Shown here piece by piece: positions 16,345-25,074 of a stretch of 64,000 nucleotides of DNA (its first letter is position 1; each line of letters begins with the position of its first letter). Below the pieces are notes generated by a model, which saw only the letters and a program-made list of their open reading frames with translations, was not told the origin of the DNA and did no database searches. The stretch is from Deltaproteobacteria bacterium. GTDB lineage: Bacteria; Myxococcota; Kuafuiibacteriia; Kuafuiibacteriales; Kuafuiibacteriaceae. The position numbers and the translations under genes are program-made. The stretch lies in NCBI GenBank assembly GCA_040218735.1, contig JAVJQW010000043.1, forward strand, positions 160,001 to 224,000, written 5' to 3'.

Positions 16345-18087
16345 ATGCGGCAGCCGGGAGGGAAGGTGCTCGTCCTGGACGGCGGTCAGCCCGCGTCGCT
16401 CGCGATCGTTCGTTCGCTCGGGCGGCGCAAGGTCGAGGTCGTGGTCGGGGAGCCCGGCGGGCCGTCCTTGGCGGCGCGGTCGCGGTACGCAGCGCGAAGC
16501 GTGGTGTACACGGATCCGATCCGCTCGCCGGAGGCGTTCGTCGACGAGATCGAGCGGCTCGCGAAGGAGGAGCGGTTCGCGCTGATCATTCCGGTCACCG
16601 AGGACACGCTCCAGCCGCTCGCCGAGGCGCGCGCGCGGATCGAGAAGTGGTCGCCGCTGGCGATCGCGCCGGACGAAGCGTTGGCGGTGGTGACGAACAA
16701 GGAGCGGACGTTCGAGCTCGCCGAATCCCTCGGCGTGCCGATCCCGTCGGGGGTCACGATCACTCGCCTCGAGGAGCTGGACGGCGTCGACCGATCGTTC
16801 CCGTTGGTGTTGAAGCCGAGCCGTTCGATCTCGGAGGGCGACCGCGCGCGCATGAAGGTGGCGTACGCGCACTCCGAGGAGGAGCTCCGTTCGACGGCCA
16901 AGGAGATGCTCGCCGTCGGTCCGTTCGTGCTGCAGAGCTACTTCGCCGGCGACGGCGTGGGTGTGGAGCTGCTCGCGGATCACGGCGAGGTCGTCTACGC
17001 GTTTCAGCACAAACGTCTGCACGAGCTCCCGTTGACCGGCGGCGGGAGCTGCCTGCGCGAGAGTGTGCCGGTGCACCCGGAGCTGTTGCGGCATGCGTCG
17101 GCGTTGATGAAGGCGTTGTCGTGGCACGGCGTGGCGATGGTTGAGTTCAAACACGACCCGGCGACGGACCGCGCGGTGCTGATGGAGATCAACGGGCGTT
17201 TCTGGGGCTCACTCCCGCTCGCGGTCGCGGCGGGCGCGGACTTCCCGTACTTCCTGTTCCGGCTCTACACGGGCGGCGTGCGACCGAACGCCCCCGCCGC
17301 GCGGACGGGGGTGGTGTGCCGCAAGCTCTCGGACGACGTGTACTGGTACGTGCAGGTCGCGAGGCCGACGCAGGACAGCCCGCTGATCGAGTGGCCGTCG
17401 CGCGAGAAGATGTTGAAGGATCTCGCGCTCGCGCTGTCGCCGAAGCATCACTTCGACGTGCAGACGCTCGCGGATCCGGTGCCGGGGTTGTTGGACGCAG
17501 CGCGCACGGCGGGGTGGTTCGGCGAGCGCGTCTTGTCGATCGCGAAGGACAAACTCGACGAGCGTCACCACGCGAAGCTCAGGCGGAGCGGGGAGGTGGC
17601 CGCGCAGGTCGAGGCGGCGCGGTCGGTGCTGTTCCTCTGCTACGGCAACATCAACCGCAGCGCGCTCGCCCAGGTGGTGATGGAGCGAATCCTCGAAGGC
17701 CGCGGCCCGGCGCTCGCGTCGTGCGGCTTCCACCCGGTGGACGGGCGCCCGGCGGATCCGAAGATGGTCGAGGTCGCGCGCGTGTCGGGCGTGGACTTGT
17801 CCGGGTGGTCGTCGCACCAGCTCACCTCGGAGCTCGTCCGCGACGCCGAGATCATCCTCGCGATGGAGATCCGCCACCTGAAGCGCCTCGAGGCCGAGTA
17901 CCCCGAAGCCCAGGGCAAGGCCTTCCTCCTCGGCGCCGCCACCCAGCGCCCGGAGGTCCCGCTGGAGATCTCCGACCCCTACGGCGGCGCCCGCGAGGGC
18001 TACGCCGCGGTGTTCGGGGAGGTGACGACGGCGGTCGAGGACCTGGCGGCGCGAATCGGGGCGTCGAAGGTGCGGTTCGGGGCGTAA
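16345..18087 (+). CDS. ATP-grasp carboxylate-amine ligase fused to a low-molecular-weight protein-tyrosine-phosphatase domain
   Basis: FPLVLKP, LQSYFAG, GVAMVEFK, LMEINGRFWGS; C-terminal LFLCYGNINRS P-loop and DPYG. ATG at 16345. Confidence 0.88.
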   Translation: MRQPGGKVLVLDGGQPASLAIVRSLGRRKVEVVVGEPGGPSLAARSRYAARSVVYTDPIRSPEAFVDEIERLAKEERFALIIPVTEDTLQPLAEARARIEKWSPLAIAPDEALAVVTNKERTFELAESLGVPIPSGVTITRLEELDGVDRSFPLVLKPSRSISEGDRARMKVAYAHSEEELRSTAKEMLAVGPFVLQSYFAGDGVGVELLADHGEVVYAFQHKRLHELPLTGGGSCLRESVPVHPELLRHASALMKALSWHGVAMVEFKHDPATDRAVLMEINGRFWGSLPLAVAAGADFPYFLFRLYTGGVRPNAPAARTGVVCRKLSDDVYWYVQVARPTQDSPLIEWPSREKMLKDLALALSPKHHFDVQTLADPVPGLLDAARTAGWFGERVLSIAKDKLDERHHAKLRRSGEVAAQVEAARSVLFLCYGNINRSALAQVVMERILEGRGPALASCGFHPVDGRPADPKMVEVARVSGVDLSGWSSHQLTSELVRDAEIILAMEIRHLKRLEAEYPEAQGKAFLLGAATQRPEVPLEISDPYGGAREGYAAVFGEVTTAVEDLAARIGASKVRFGA

Positions 18088-18128
18088 GAGTTTTGGCAGT
18101 TGCGCGGCGGCTGGCGTAGCTTGGTGAC

Positions 18129-19043
18129 GTGGCCCTCGTCGATCACATCGCGATCGAGAACTTTAGGTGCGTGGCGCATGCGGAGTTCGACGTGGCGCCG
18201 TTCACGGTGTTCGTGGGCGCGAACGGGTCGGGGAAGAGCAGCGTCCTTAGAGCATTCTCATCCGCCGAAGTGAGAAGACCCGTGAACGGGCGAGATCTTA
18301 CGGCGGCGACGACCGTCGATCTCCTCTCAAATGGAGCGCGGACAACGCTAAGACGAGAGGTAAATGACTTAGAGATGACCGGCATCGCGCCGGACGTCTC
18401 CCTACTTCAGCTAACGCTTGAAGATCTACGGCTTGAAAACGAGGCGAGCGTCGCTGGGCGGTTATCGCCAAGTGGAAACAACCTCCCAAACCTGCTCGCA
18501 TCTCTGGGGCGCGGCAGGCTCGGGCGAGTCGCTCAGCAGTTTTGCCTGCTCGTTCCGATTTATCAGGACATGGATGTTCTCCCGTCTCTCAACATTGGCA
18601 GACACCGCGTCCTCTTCCAGGATCGCTGGAACGAGGACCGCTGGTACACCCAGTCCGAGGTCTCCGACGGCTCCCTCATCATGCTCGCGCTGCTCGCGGC
18701 TTTCGCGCAGCCCCAGCCCCCCGACATCCTCGCGATCGACGAGATCGAGCGCGGCCTGCACCCGTACCTGCTCCAGCAGGTCGTCGCCCTTTGCCGCGAC
18801 CTCGCGGCCGGTAAGCTCGGGCGCCCGGTGCAGGTCCTCGCGGCCACGCACAGCCCGCACCTGCTCGATTTCCTAGAGCCGCACGAAGTGCGCTTCGTGA
18901 CGCGCGATCGCGACACCGGCAACACCGTCGTCACGGCGCCGCCGACGGAGGCGCCGGAGTGGGCGCGCGCGGCGGAAGCGTATCGAGACAGTCTCGGCGA
19001 CCTCTGGCTCAGCGGGGCGCTCGGCGGCACGGTAGGCCGTTGA
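18129..19043 (+). CDS. ABC-type ATPase (AAA_15/AAA_21-like)
   Basis: IENFRC, Walker A GANGSGKS, signature SDG, Walker B/D-loop AIDEIERGLHP, H-loop ATHSP, terminal LGDLWLSG. Confidence 0.9.
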   Translation: MALVDHIAIENFRCVAHAEFDVAPFTVFVGANGSGKSSVLRAFSSAEVRRPVNGRDLTAATTVDLLSNGARTTLRREVNDLEMTGIAPDVSLLQLTLEDLRLENEASVAGRLSPSGNNLPNLLASLGRGRLGRVAQQFCLLVPIYQDMDVLPSLNIGRHRVLFQDRWNEDRWYTQSEVSDGSLIMLALLAAFAQPQPPDILAIDEIERGLHPYLLQQVVALCRDLAAGKLGRPVQVLAATHSPHLLDFLEPHEVRFVTRDRDTGNTVVTAPPTEAPEWARAAEAYRDSLGDLWLSGALGGTVGR

Positions 19044-19720
19044 GCGTGGGCGCGGTTCACATCGCCCTGTATGCGGAGGGGGCGCGTGAGCTCATGGGCG
19101 CCGGCGGATGGCCGACGGCGCCGGGCGACGTCCTCCAGGCCGACGAGCTCGGCGCCGCCCATCGACTCCTCGCGCGGATCGTCGCCGCCCAAACGAACCT
19201 CCCCGACGGAGCGATCCGTTTTCTGTCGCCGATTCGCGATCGTCGTGGGCGACAGCTTCGCGGTAGCCTCCTTCACGGCGGAGACCACCTGCGACGCGCC
19301 TTGCTGGCCCACGAGCTCGTGGGGAAGACCAACGACGGACGTCCGTCCGCCGACGCCTTCGTGGTGCTCGTCGATGCCGATGGCGACGCGAGCCGGCACA
19401 CCTCCATCGTCGAAGGCCTCGCGGGGGTCGTGGTGCCCAAGGTCGTCGGCGTCGCCGTTCAGGAGTTCGAGACCTGGCTCATCGCCGACCTCCCCGCGCT
19501 CAACGACGTCCTCGGCACGCAGGTCGACGATCCCGGTCCGCGTGAATCGCTCCCCCCGGGCGGCGCCAAGGCCTTCCTCTTGGACCGCCTCCAGGGCCAG
19601 CGCGAGCAGGACGTCCGGCTGACGCTGGCCGAACGCGTCGACATCGAGGTGGTACGCCAGGTTTGTCCGTCCTTCGACCGCTTCGTGAAGGACCTCTGCG
19701 ATACCCTCTTGGCGCTCTGA
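19040..19720 (+). CDS. TOPRIM-like protein (DUF4276-like), partner of the ATPase
   Basis: TTG overlaps the ATPase stop. ALYAEG..E, VVLVDADGD (DxD), EFETWLIAD and CPSFDRF motifs. Confidence 0.7.
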   Translation: MSVGAVHIALYAEGARELMGAGGWPTAPGDVLQADELGAAHRLLARIVAAQTNLPDGAIRFLSPIRDRRGRQLRGSLLHGGDHLRRALLAHELVGKTNDGRPSADAFVVLVDADGDASRHTSIVEGLAGVVVPKVVGVAVQEFETWLIADLPALNDVLGTQVDDPGPRESLPPGGAKAFLLDRLQGQREQDVRLTLAERVDIEVVRQVCPSFDRFVKDLCDTLLAL

Positions 19721-19829
19721 TCGGGCCGCCCAGAGAACTTTTCGAAGTTCCCCTTGCCCTCGTCCGCCGTCCGCGTTGCAAAGAAGGTCGCGCCCGGAGG
19801 TCCCCGGCGCGTTTTCCCGAGGAGGCTCG

Positions 19830-20075
19830 ATGGCGAGACCGAAACAATCAGGCACGAAACGACAGCGCGAGCGGACCAAGCTCGAGCAGAAGAAGGATCG
19901 CGAGCGCCGCAAGGAGCAGCGCAAGCAGGAGTCCGAGGAGCGGCGCGCTTCGATCGAAGACGGTGTCGACCCCGATCTGGTGGGCATCGTGGCCGGGCCG
20001 AACCAGCCCGACCCGTGGGCGGACGATCGTGACCAGGGCGACGACGCCGAGAACGACGACGAAGAGACGTCCTGA
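19830..20075 (+). CDS. Small charged hypothetical protein (81 aa)
   Basis: GAGGAGG RBS; basic N-half KRQRERTKLEQKKDR; DPDLVGIVAGP; acidic tail. Confidence 0.7.
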   Translation: MARPKQSGTKRQRERTKLEQKKDRERRKEQRKQESEERRASIEDGVDPDLVGIVAGPNQPDPWADDRDQGDDAENDDEETS

Positions 20076-20084
20076 GGCCCGGGT

Positions 20085-20122
20085 GGTCGCGTCCTTTGGG
20101 CCCGCAAGGGCCCGACGCGACC
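20085..20122. terminator. GC-rich hairpin between convergent genes (putative bidirectional terminator, no U-tract)
   Basis: GGTCGCGTC-cttt-GGGCCC-gcaa-GGGCCC-GACGCGACC: 9-bp and 6-bp stems with a GNRA tetraloop. Confidence 0.55.
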
Positions 20123-20167
20123 GCGCCTGAGCGACCCGCCGGACGAAGGGGCCGCGCCGGCTCTCCG

Positions 20168-21214
20168 CTAGATCGACAGCCGAAGGCCTGCCGCGACGGC
20201 GACCGCGACGTCGTTCAGGCCGAGGTTCACCTGGCCGAACACGTTCAGCGGGCCGAGGTGGATCTGCGCGCCGACCAGCGCGCGGTAGAAGACCGTGTTC
20301 GGTGCGCCCTCTTCGGCTGCGCTCACGCGCGCCGTGCCGACGTCGAGGGTCTGCGTCGTGTCGCGCGGGTCGTCGGCTTCCATCGTCGCGTCGAGGTCGG
20401 CGTTCAGCTTCGCGCCGCCCGACATGAAGTCGACGCCGACGCCGCCGTAGACGGACACGAGCTTCAGGATGGTGATGCCGGTGGTCGCTTCGATCGGGAT
20501 GTTGAACGCCGTCTGTTCGAGTCGGAGCGTACCCGTCGCGGTGGAGCGGATCTCGTACTCCCGCCCGTCCACGCGGATGGGCGCTGCGCTGTCCTGCGTG
20601 TCGGAGAGCGACAGCACCATGCGTGAGATCTCCACGCCCGACGTCAGGTCGATGCCGCGCCACTCGATCACCGCCGCGCTCTTCGGGCGGATGAGCGCGT
20701 ACTGTACGTGGGCGCCGATGTTGTAGAACTCGCCGTCGAGGTCGTTGACGGTCCAGGGGTGGTAGAGGCCGTTCGCGAAGAGCGTGAGGCGCGACAGCCC
20801 GATGATGCCGAGGTTCAGGCCGCCCATCGCGGAGATCTGCGCGCCGGCGCCGGCGCTGAGCACGGTCTGGGGGTTGGTGATGTCGTCGAGGTCTGCGTCG
20901 CCCGACTCCGCGGCGGCCGATATCGCGACGCCGAACATCGCGATCTTCGGGCTCGCCGCGTAGTCGACGCCGAGCCCCTTGTTCGCGAGCGCCTGAGCGT
21001 TCGCCGAGACGCGCAAGAAGTCTTGCACGTCGACGAGGCGATACGCTTCGCGGAAGCGCTGGCGGACGAGCTCCTCGAGTTGATCCTCCGCCACCTGAAG
21101 CTCGTCGCCGAGGACGTCCTTCGCCTGCTGGGTCAGCGTGATCTCGACGTCCTGGGCCGCGGCCGTGGCGGGGAGTGCGGCGAGGAGGAGCGCGATGGGG
21201 AGGCGGAGCTTCAC
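20168..21214 (-). CDS. Exported probable outer-membrane beta-barrel protein (Lsa36-like)
   Basis: Signal peptide ending AAAQ; ANAQALANKGLGVDY; alternating beta strands; C-terminal AGLRLSI. Family assignment from recall only. Confidence 0.6.
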   Translation of the reverse strand: MKLRLPIALLLAALPATAAAQDVEITLTQQAKDVLGDELQVAEDQLEELVRQRFREAYRLVDVQDFLRVSANAQALANKGLGVDYAASPKIAMFGVAISAAAESGDADLDDITNPQTVLSAGAGAQISAMGGLNLGIIGLSRLTLFANGLYHPWTVNDLDGEFYNIGAHVQYALIRPKSAAVIEWRGIDLTSGVEISRMVLSLSDTQDSAAPIRVDGREYEIRSTATGTLRLEQTAFNIPIEATTGITILKLVSVYGGVGVDFMSGGAKLNADLDATMEADDPRDTTQTLDVGTARVSAAEEGAPNTVFYRALVGAQIHLGPLNVFGQVNLGLNDVAVAVAAGLRLSI

Positions 21215-21319
21215 GGCGCTTATACTGCCTCAGATCGATGCCGGGCGCGCGTGTGCGCGGACACGGATGAAGCCCGCGATGGGCGTGAATCCCGCACCCC
21301 CCGCGCCGTCGAACCCCGC

Positions 21320-21991
21320 ATGCTCCGCGTCGTGTTCGCCGCGCTCGTGATCGCCGCGCTCCTGTTGCCCCAACGCGCCGAGGCGCTCGACACCACCGGC
21401 TACCGCTGGTTCGGTTGCGAGGTAGGCCTGACGCTGGGCGGCGTAGGCCTGGCGCTCACGCTCCCGCACGTCGGCAAGCTGGAGTCCGACGACCCGAATC
21501 GCTTCGAATCCAACGGCGCCCCGGTCTTCGCCGCGATCGGACTCACCGCGCTCGCGCTCGGCCTGTGCCCCGCCGGGTTGTTCACCGCCGACGCGATCGC
21601 GGAAGCCACCGTGGCGGATCGCGAAGTCGGCTACGGGCTCGCGGGGAGCGGCCTGTCTGCGCTCGGCGGCGCCGCGCTTGGCTACGGGCTCGGCCAGGCC
21701 TTCGACGCGTCATCTACTCAAAAGAACGTCGCCGCAGGTGTCGGCGGCGTGCTCGGCGCGGTCGGCGGCTACCTGGTCGCGGGCCGCGTCGGCGCCGACC
21801 CCGTGATGAACGACTCGATACAGGCCCCGCTCTTCGCGTTCTTCAGCCTGTTCATCCTCACCGGCATCGTCACCAACGTGGTCGTCGCCGCGACCGCAGA
21901 CGAGGGCGCGCCACCGAACCCGGCGCTGCTGATCGCCCCGGCGGTCGCCGGGCTCGGTGGGTTCTATCTGACCGGCGCGCTGACGCGTTAG
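21320..21991 (+). CDS. Hypothetical Gly-rich multi-TM membrane protein
   Basis: Signal-like start MLRVVFAALVIAALLLPQRAEA; about 6 hydrophobic segments with glycine-zipper patterns. Confidence 0.65.
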   Translation: MLRVVFAALVIAALLLPQRAEALDTTGYRWFGCEVGLTLGGVGLALTLPHVGKLESDDPNRFESNGAPVFAAIGLTALALGLCPAGLFTADAIAEATVADREVGYGLAGSGLSALGGAALGYGLGQAFDASSTQKNVAAGVGGVLGAVGGYLVAGRVGADPVMNDSIQAPLFAFFSLFILTGIVTNVVVAATADEGAPPNPALLIAPAVAGLGGFYLTGALTR

Positions 21992-23946
21992 CGCGGGACC
22001 CCGAACTCCGACGGGTCCGCGACCGCGGGCACGAAGACCTCGTCCGGCGTCATGAACTGCTCCATCGACTTTGCGATCCCCACGAGGTGCGTGAAGAGCG
22101 CGTAGTCCTTGCCGACGCCTTCGCGGGCGAAGCGCTCAGACAGGGCGCGGACGCCTTCGGCTTGGAGCACGTCGCTCGGGAAGTCGTCGCGACGCGTGAA
22201 GTCGACGAGGTAGCGGTGCAGCGCGGCGTCCTCTTTCAGGAGCTTGGGGTGGTCGCGGAAGAAGTAGTGCGCCTGCTGACCGCGGCGCGAGGGGAGCTTC
22301 TCCTCCATCTTCCGCTTCGCGAAGTTGAAGACCTCGCGCGCGAACTCGTACGCGGGGTTCGACGTGATGCGGCCCTCCGTGTACGCCCACGGGACGTGCG
22401 CGGCGCGCGGGTGGTGCTCGACGAGCATCTTCTTGTAGACGCGCTGCTGGAAGCGCCAGGCCGCCGGGACGTCCGCGAGGAAGTCGATGAGATCGTAGTC
22501 GAGGAACGGCGAACGGCACGTGCAGAAGTAGCGCTCGATGGCGAAGCTCGTGAACGCGCCTCGGCGTTGGCGGTTCTCCATGTCCCAGACGTTTGCGACC
22601 GCGGTGGGTTCGTCGGCGTCGATCTCGTCGAAGTCGGCGAGGAACGTCGGGTCGCGCGCGGCGCGGTAGCGCCCGTAGAACGCGGGCGTGAAGAGGGCGC
22701 GGAGCCGGTCGTCGTCCTGGAAGAACGCGCGGCCGAGGAGGTCCTGCTTCACCTCTTCGCGCGTCGGCGACAGCATCAGGTTCGGCGTGATGTGACTGCC
22801 CGTCATCGCGTCGCCCGCGGCGCCGTTCAGCATGAAGTGCATCAGCGGCTTGTAGATCGGGTGCCACAGCAACGAGCTCAGCCCGTCGAAGAGGCTCAGC
22901 GCCTCACACCGCCAGATGATCCGATCCACCTGGCTCGAGAAGAAGCCGAACTCGTCCGTGCGCCCGGTGAGCCGCTGATACGTCGCCGCGCCCTCGTCGA
23001 TCAGGCGCTGCGCCTCCGGCTCGATGTAGTGGTGGCGGAAGCCGATCACCTTCGCGAGCTCAGCCGCGTAACGCACGTCGGCGCTCGTCTCGCCGCCGTA
23101 GGTGATCGAGTCGATCGGGAGGTGGCGCGAAGGGATCGTCAGCGCGACGGCGCGGCTGTCGAGTCCGCCCGACAGCGTGATCGCCATGGGGTGCCGGTCC
23201 GCGAGCTTCATGCTGCGCGCCGTGGCCTCCGCGAGGTGGTGCGCGAAGCCTTCGGCGTAGGCGCCCTCGCTCATCGAAGGGCGCCCTTCGTTGAAGCGGA
23301 GCTTGTAGTAGCGATGCTGCCGCACGCCGTCCGAGAGCGCGACGATCGTGCCCGGCGGTATCAGCTCGATGCCGTCGACCCACGTGACTTGCCCAGCGTG
23401 GCCCCCCGCCGACAGCAGCTGCATGAGGCCGACGCTGCCGGGGCTGCTCTTTCGGTTCCGGCCGACGACGACCCCCTTCAGCTCGTTGGCGAACACATAG
23501 CGCGCGCCGTCGTTGGCGAAGAAGAGCAGGCGGCTGCCGTGGCGATCCGTGATCACGTACGTGACGTCGCCGTCGTGCACCACGATGTTCCAGCAGCCGT
23601 TGAGGTGGTCGACGAAGTCGAGCCCGAACGCGCGATAGGCGAGGAGGGCGAGCTGGGCGTCGTCGCCCTTCGGGTCGAGGCCGCGTTCACGGAGCGCGCG
23701 TTTCAGGGGTTCGAGGCCAAGGAGCTCGCCGTCGAGCATCAACCAGACGTCACCGTGGCGCGCCGGCTGCGCGAGGTTGTCCTCGATCCCCGGCAGGACG
23801 TTGCCGCACGCCACGCCGTCGGCCTTCGCCACCCGGCGCTCGAACCCGAACGCCGGATAGTCGACCGCCGTCATCATGCGTTCGAGCGTGGTGTCGAGCG
23901 CCTCGGCGGTGGCGGTCGGATCGTACAGGCCAACGAGGTTCGGCAC
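21988..23946 (-). CDS. Asparagine-synthetase-like ATP-dependent amide ligase lacking the N-terminal Cys
   Basis: LDGEL, LNGCW, TDRHGSRLLF, PP-loop LSGGLDSR, NGAAGD, RSPFLDYDL; N-terminus is MPNLVG. Confidence 0.88.
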   Translation of the reverse strand: MPNLVGLYDPTATAEALDTTLERMMTAVDYPAFGFERRVAKADGVACGNVLPGIEDNLAQPARHGDVWLMLDGELLGLEPLKRALRERGLDPKGDDAQLALLAYRAFGLDFVDHLNGCWNIVVHDGDVTYVITDRHGSRLLFFANDGARYVFANELKGVVVGRNRKSSPGSVGLMQLLSAGGHAGQVTWVDGIELIPPGTIVALSDGVRQHRYYKLRFNEGRPSMSEGAYAEGFAHHLAEATARSMKLADRHPMAITLSGGLDSRAVALTIPSRHLPIDSITYGGETSADVRYAAELAKVIGFRHHYIEPEAQRLIDEGAATYQRLTGRTDEFGFFSSQVDRIIWRCEALSLFDGLSSLLWHPIYKPLMHFMLNGAAGDAMTGSHITPNLMLSPTREEVKQDLLGRAFFQDDDRLRALFTPAFYGRYRAARDPTFLADFDEIDADEPTAVANVWDMENRQRRGAFTSFAIERYFCTCRSPFLDYDLIDFLADVPAAWRFQQRVYKKMLVEHHPRAAHVPWAYTEGRITSNPAYEFAREVFNFAKRKMEEKLPSRRGQQAHYFFRDHPKLLKEDAALHRYLVDFTRRDDFPSDVLQAEGVRALSERFAREGVGKDYALFTHLVGIAKSMEQFMTPDEVFVPAVADPSEFGVPR

Positions 23947-23997
23947 GCCGCGATCGGATTAACACGACGCCGCGCCGAGCGGTACGCTCCCGGCGTC

Positions 23998-25074
23998 TTG
24001 TCCCTCCCGCTGAAGCCCCCGATCGAACCGATGCTGGCCAAGTTGGTCCGTGAGATGCCCGACGACGCCGAGTTGCTCTACGAGCCGAAGTGGGACGGCT
24101 TCAGGGCCATCGTCTTCCGGGACGGCGACGACGTGTACATCCAGAGCCGGGAGAAGCGGCCGCTGGTGCGTTACTTCCCCGAGCTGGTGGAAGCGATCCG
24201 CGAGCACTTCCCGGAGCGGGTGGTCGTGGACGGAGAGATCGTCATCGCGACCGACGACGGCTTGGACTTCTCCGCGCTGCAACTTCGCTTGCACCCGGCG
24301 AAGTCACGCGTCGAGAAACTCTCCAAGGAGATCCCGACCTCCTTCGTCGCGTTCGATCTGTTGGCCGAGGGGGACGAGGATCTCACGGGTGTCCCCTTCG
24401 AGGAGCGTCGGCGTCGTCTGGAGGCCGCCTTTGCTTCCGCGTCTTCGCCGATTCACGTCACGCCGATCACCGAAGACGTGGAGGTCGCGCGCGACTGGTT
24501 CGCGCGGTTCGAGGGCGCCGGTCTCGACGGCGTCATGGCGAAGAAGCGCTCGCAGATCTACGAGCCGAAGAAACGCGCGATGCAGAAGATCAAACACCGA
24601 CGGACGGTGGACTGCGTCGCGGCCGGGTTTCGGTGGCACAAGAACGGGCCGGGCACGCTGATCGGCTCGCTGCTGCTAGGCCTGTACGACGCGGAGGGGA
24701 ACCTGCAGCACGTCGGCATCACGTCGTCGTTCAAGATGGACTACCGCGAGAAGCTCGTGACCGAGCTCGAACCGCTGCGCGAGGGCGCGCTCGACGCGCA
24801 CCCCTGGGCGTCGTGGGCGGGGGCGGAGGAACACCAGCGCAAGCCGGGGATGGGGAGCCGGTGGAGCGTCGGCAAGGATCTGTCGTGGGAGCCGTTGCGC
24901 GTCGAGCGGGTGATCGAGGTGGCCTACGACGGCCTTCAGGGGCGCCGCTTCCGCCACGCGGCGAGCTTCGTTCGGTGGCGCCCGGACCGCGAACCGGCGT
25001 CGTGCACCTACGCGCAGCTGGAGATCACGCCACCGTTCGAGCTGCAGAAGATCTTCCGCGCTTCCGGGTCATGA
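23998..25074 (+). CDS. ligC: ATP-dependent DNA ligase, LigC type
   Basis: PIEPMLAK, adenylation motif YEPKWDGFR, VDGEIV, FDLL, DGVMAK, KIKH, GSLLLGLYD, RWRPDR. TTG start at 23998 (approximate). Confidence 0.85.
   Translation: MSLPLKPPIEPMLAKLVREMPDDAELLYEPKWDGFRAIVFRDGDDVYIQSREKRPLVRYFPELVEAIREHFPERVVVDGEIVIATDDGLDFSALQLRLHPAKSRVEKLSKEIPTSFVAFDLLAEGDEDLTGVPFEERRRRLEAAFASASSPIHVTPITEDVEVARDWFARFEGAGLDGVMAKKRSQIYEPKKRAMQKIKHRRTVDCVAAGFRWHKNGPGTLIGSLLLGLYDAEGNLQHVGITSSFKMDYREKLVTELEPLREGALDAHPWASWAGAEEHQRKPGMGSRWSVGKDLSWEPLRVERVIEVAYDGLQGRRFRHAASFVRWRPDREPASCTYAQLEITPPFELQKIFRASGS

Noticed and set aside
21988-23946. Lasso peptide cluster around the Cys-less AsnB homologue
   Set aside because: No precursor peptide, B1/RRE or B2 protease gene found nearby.
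21415-25074. 1219-aa ORF suggesting a giant ligase fusion
   Set aside because: Only the last ~358 aa are LigC; the rest is antisense to the AsnB-like gene or off-frame over the membrane-protein gene.
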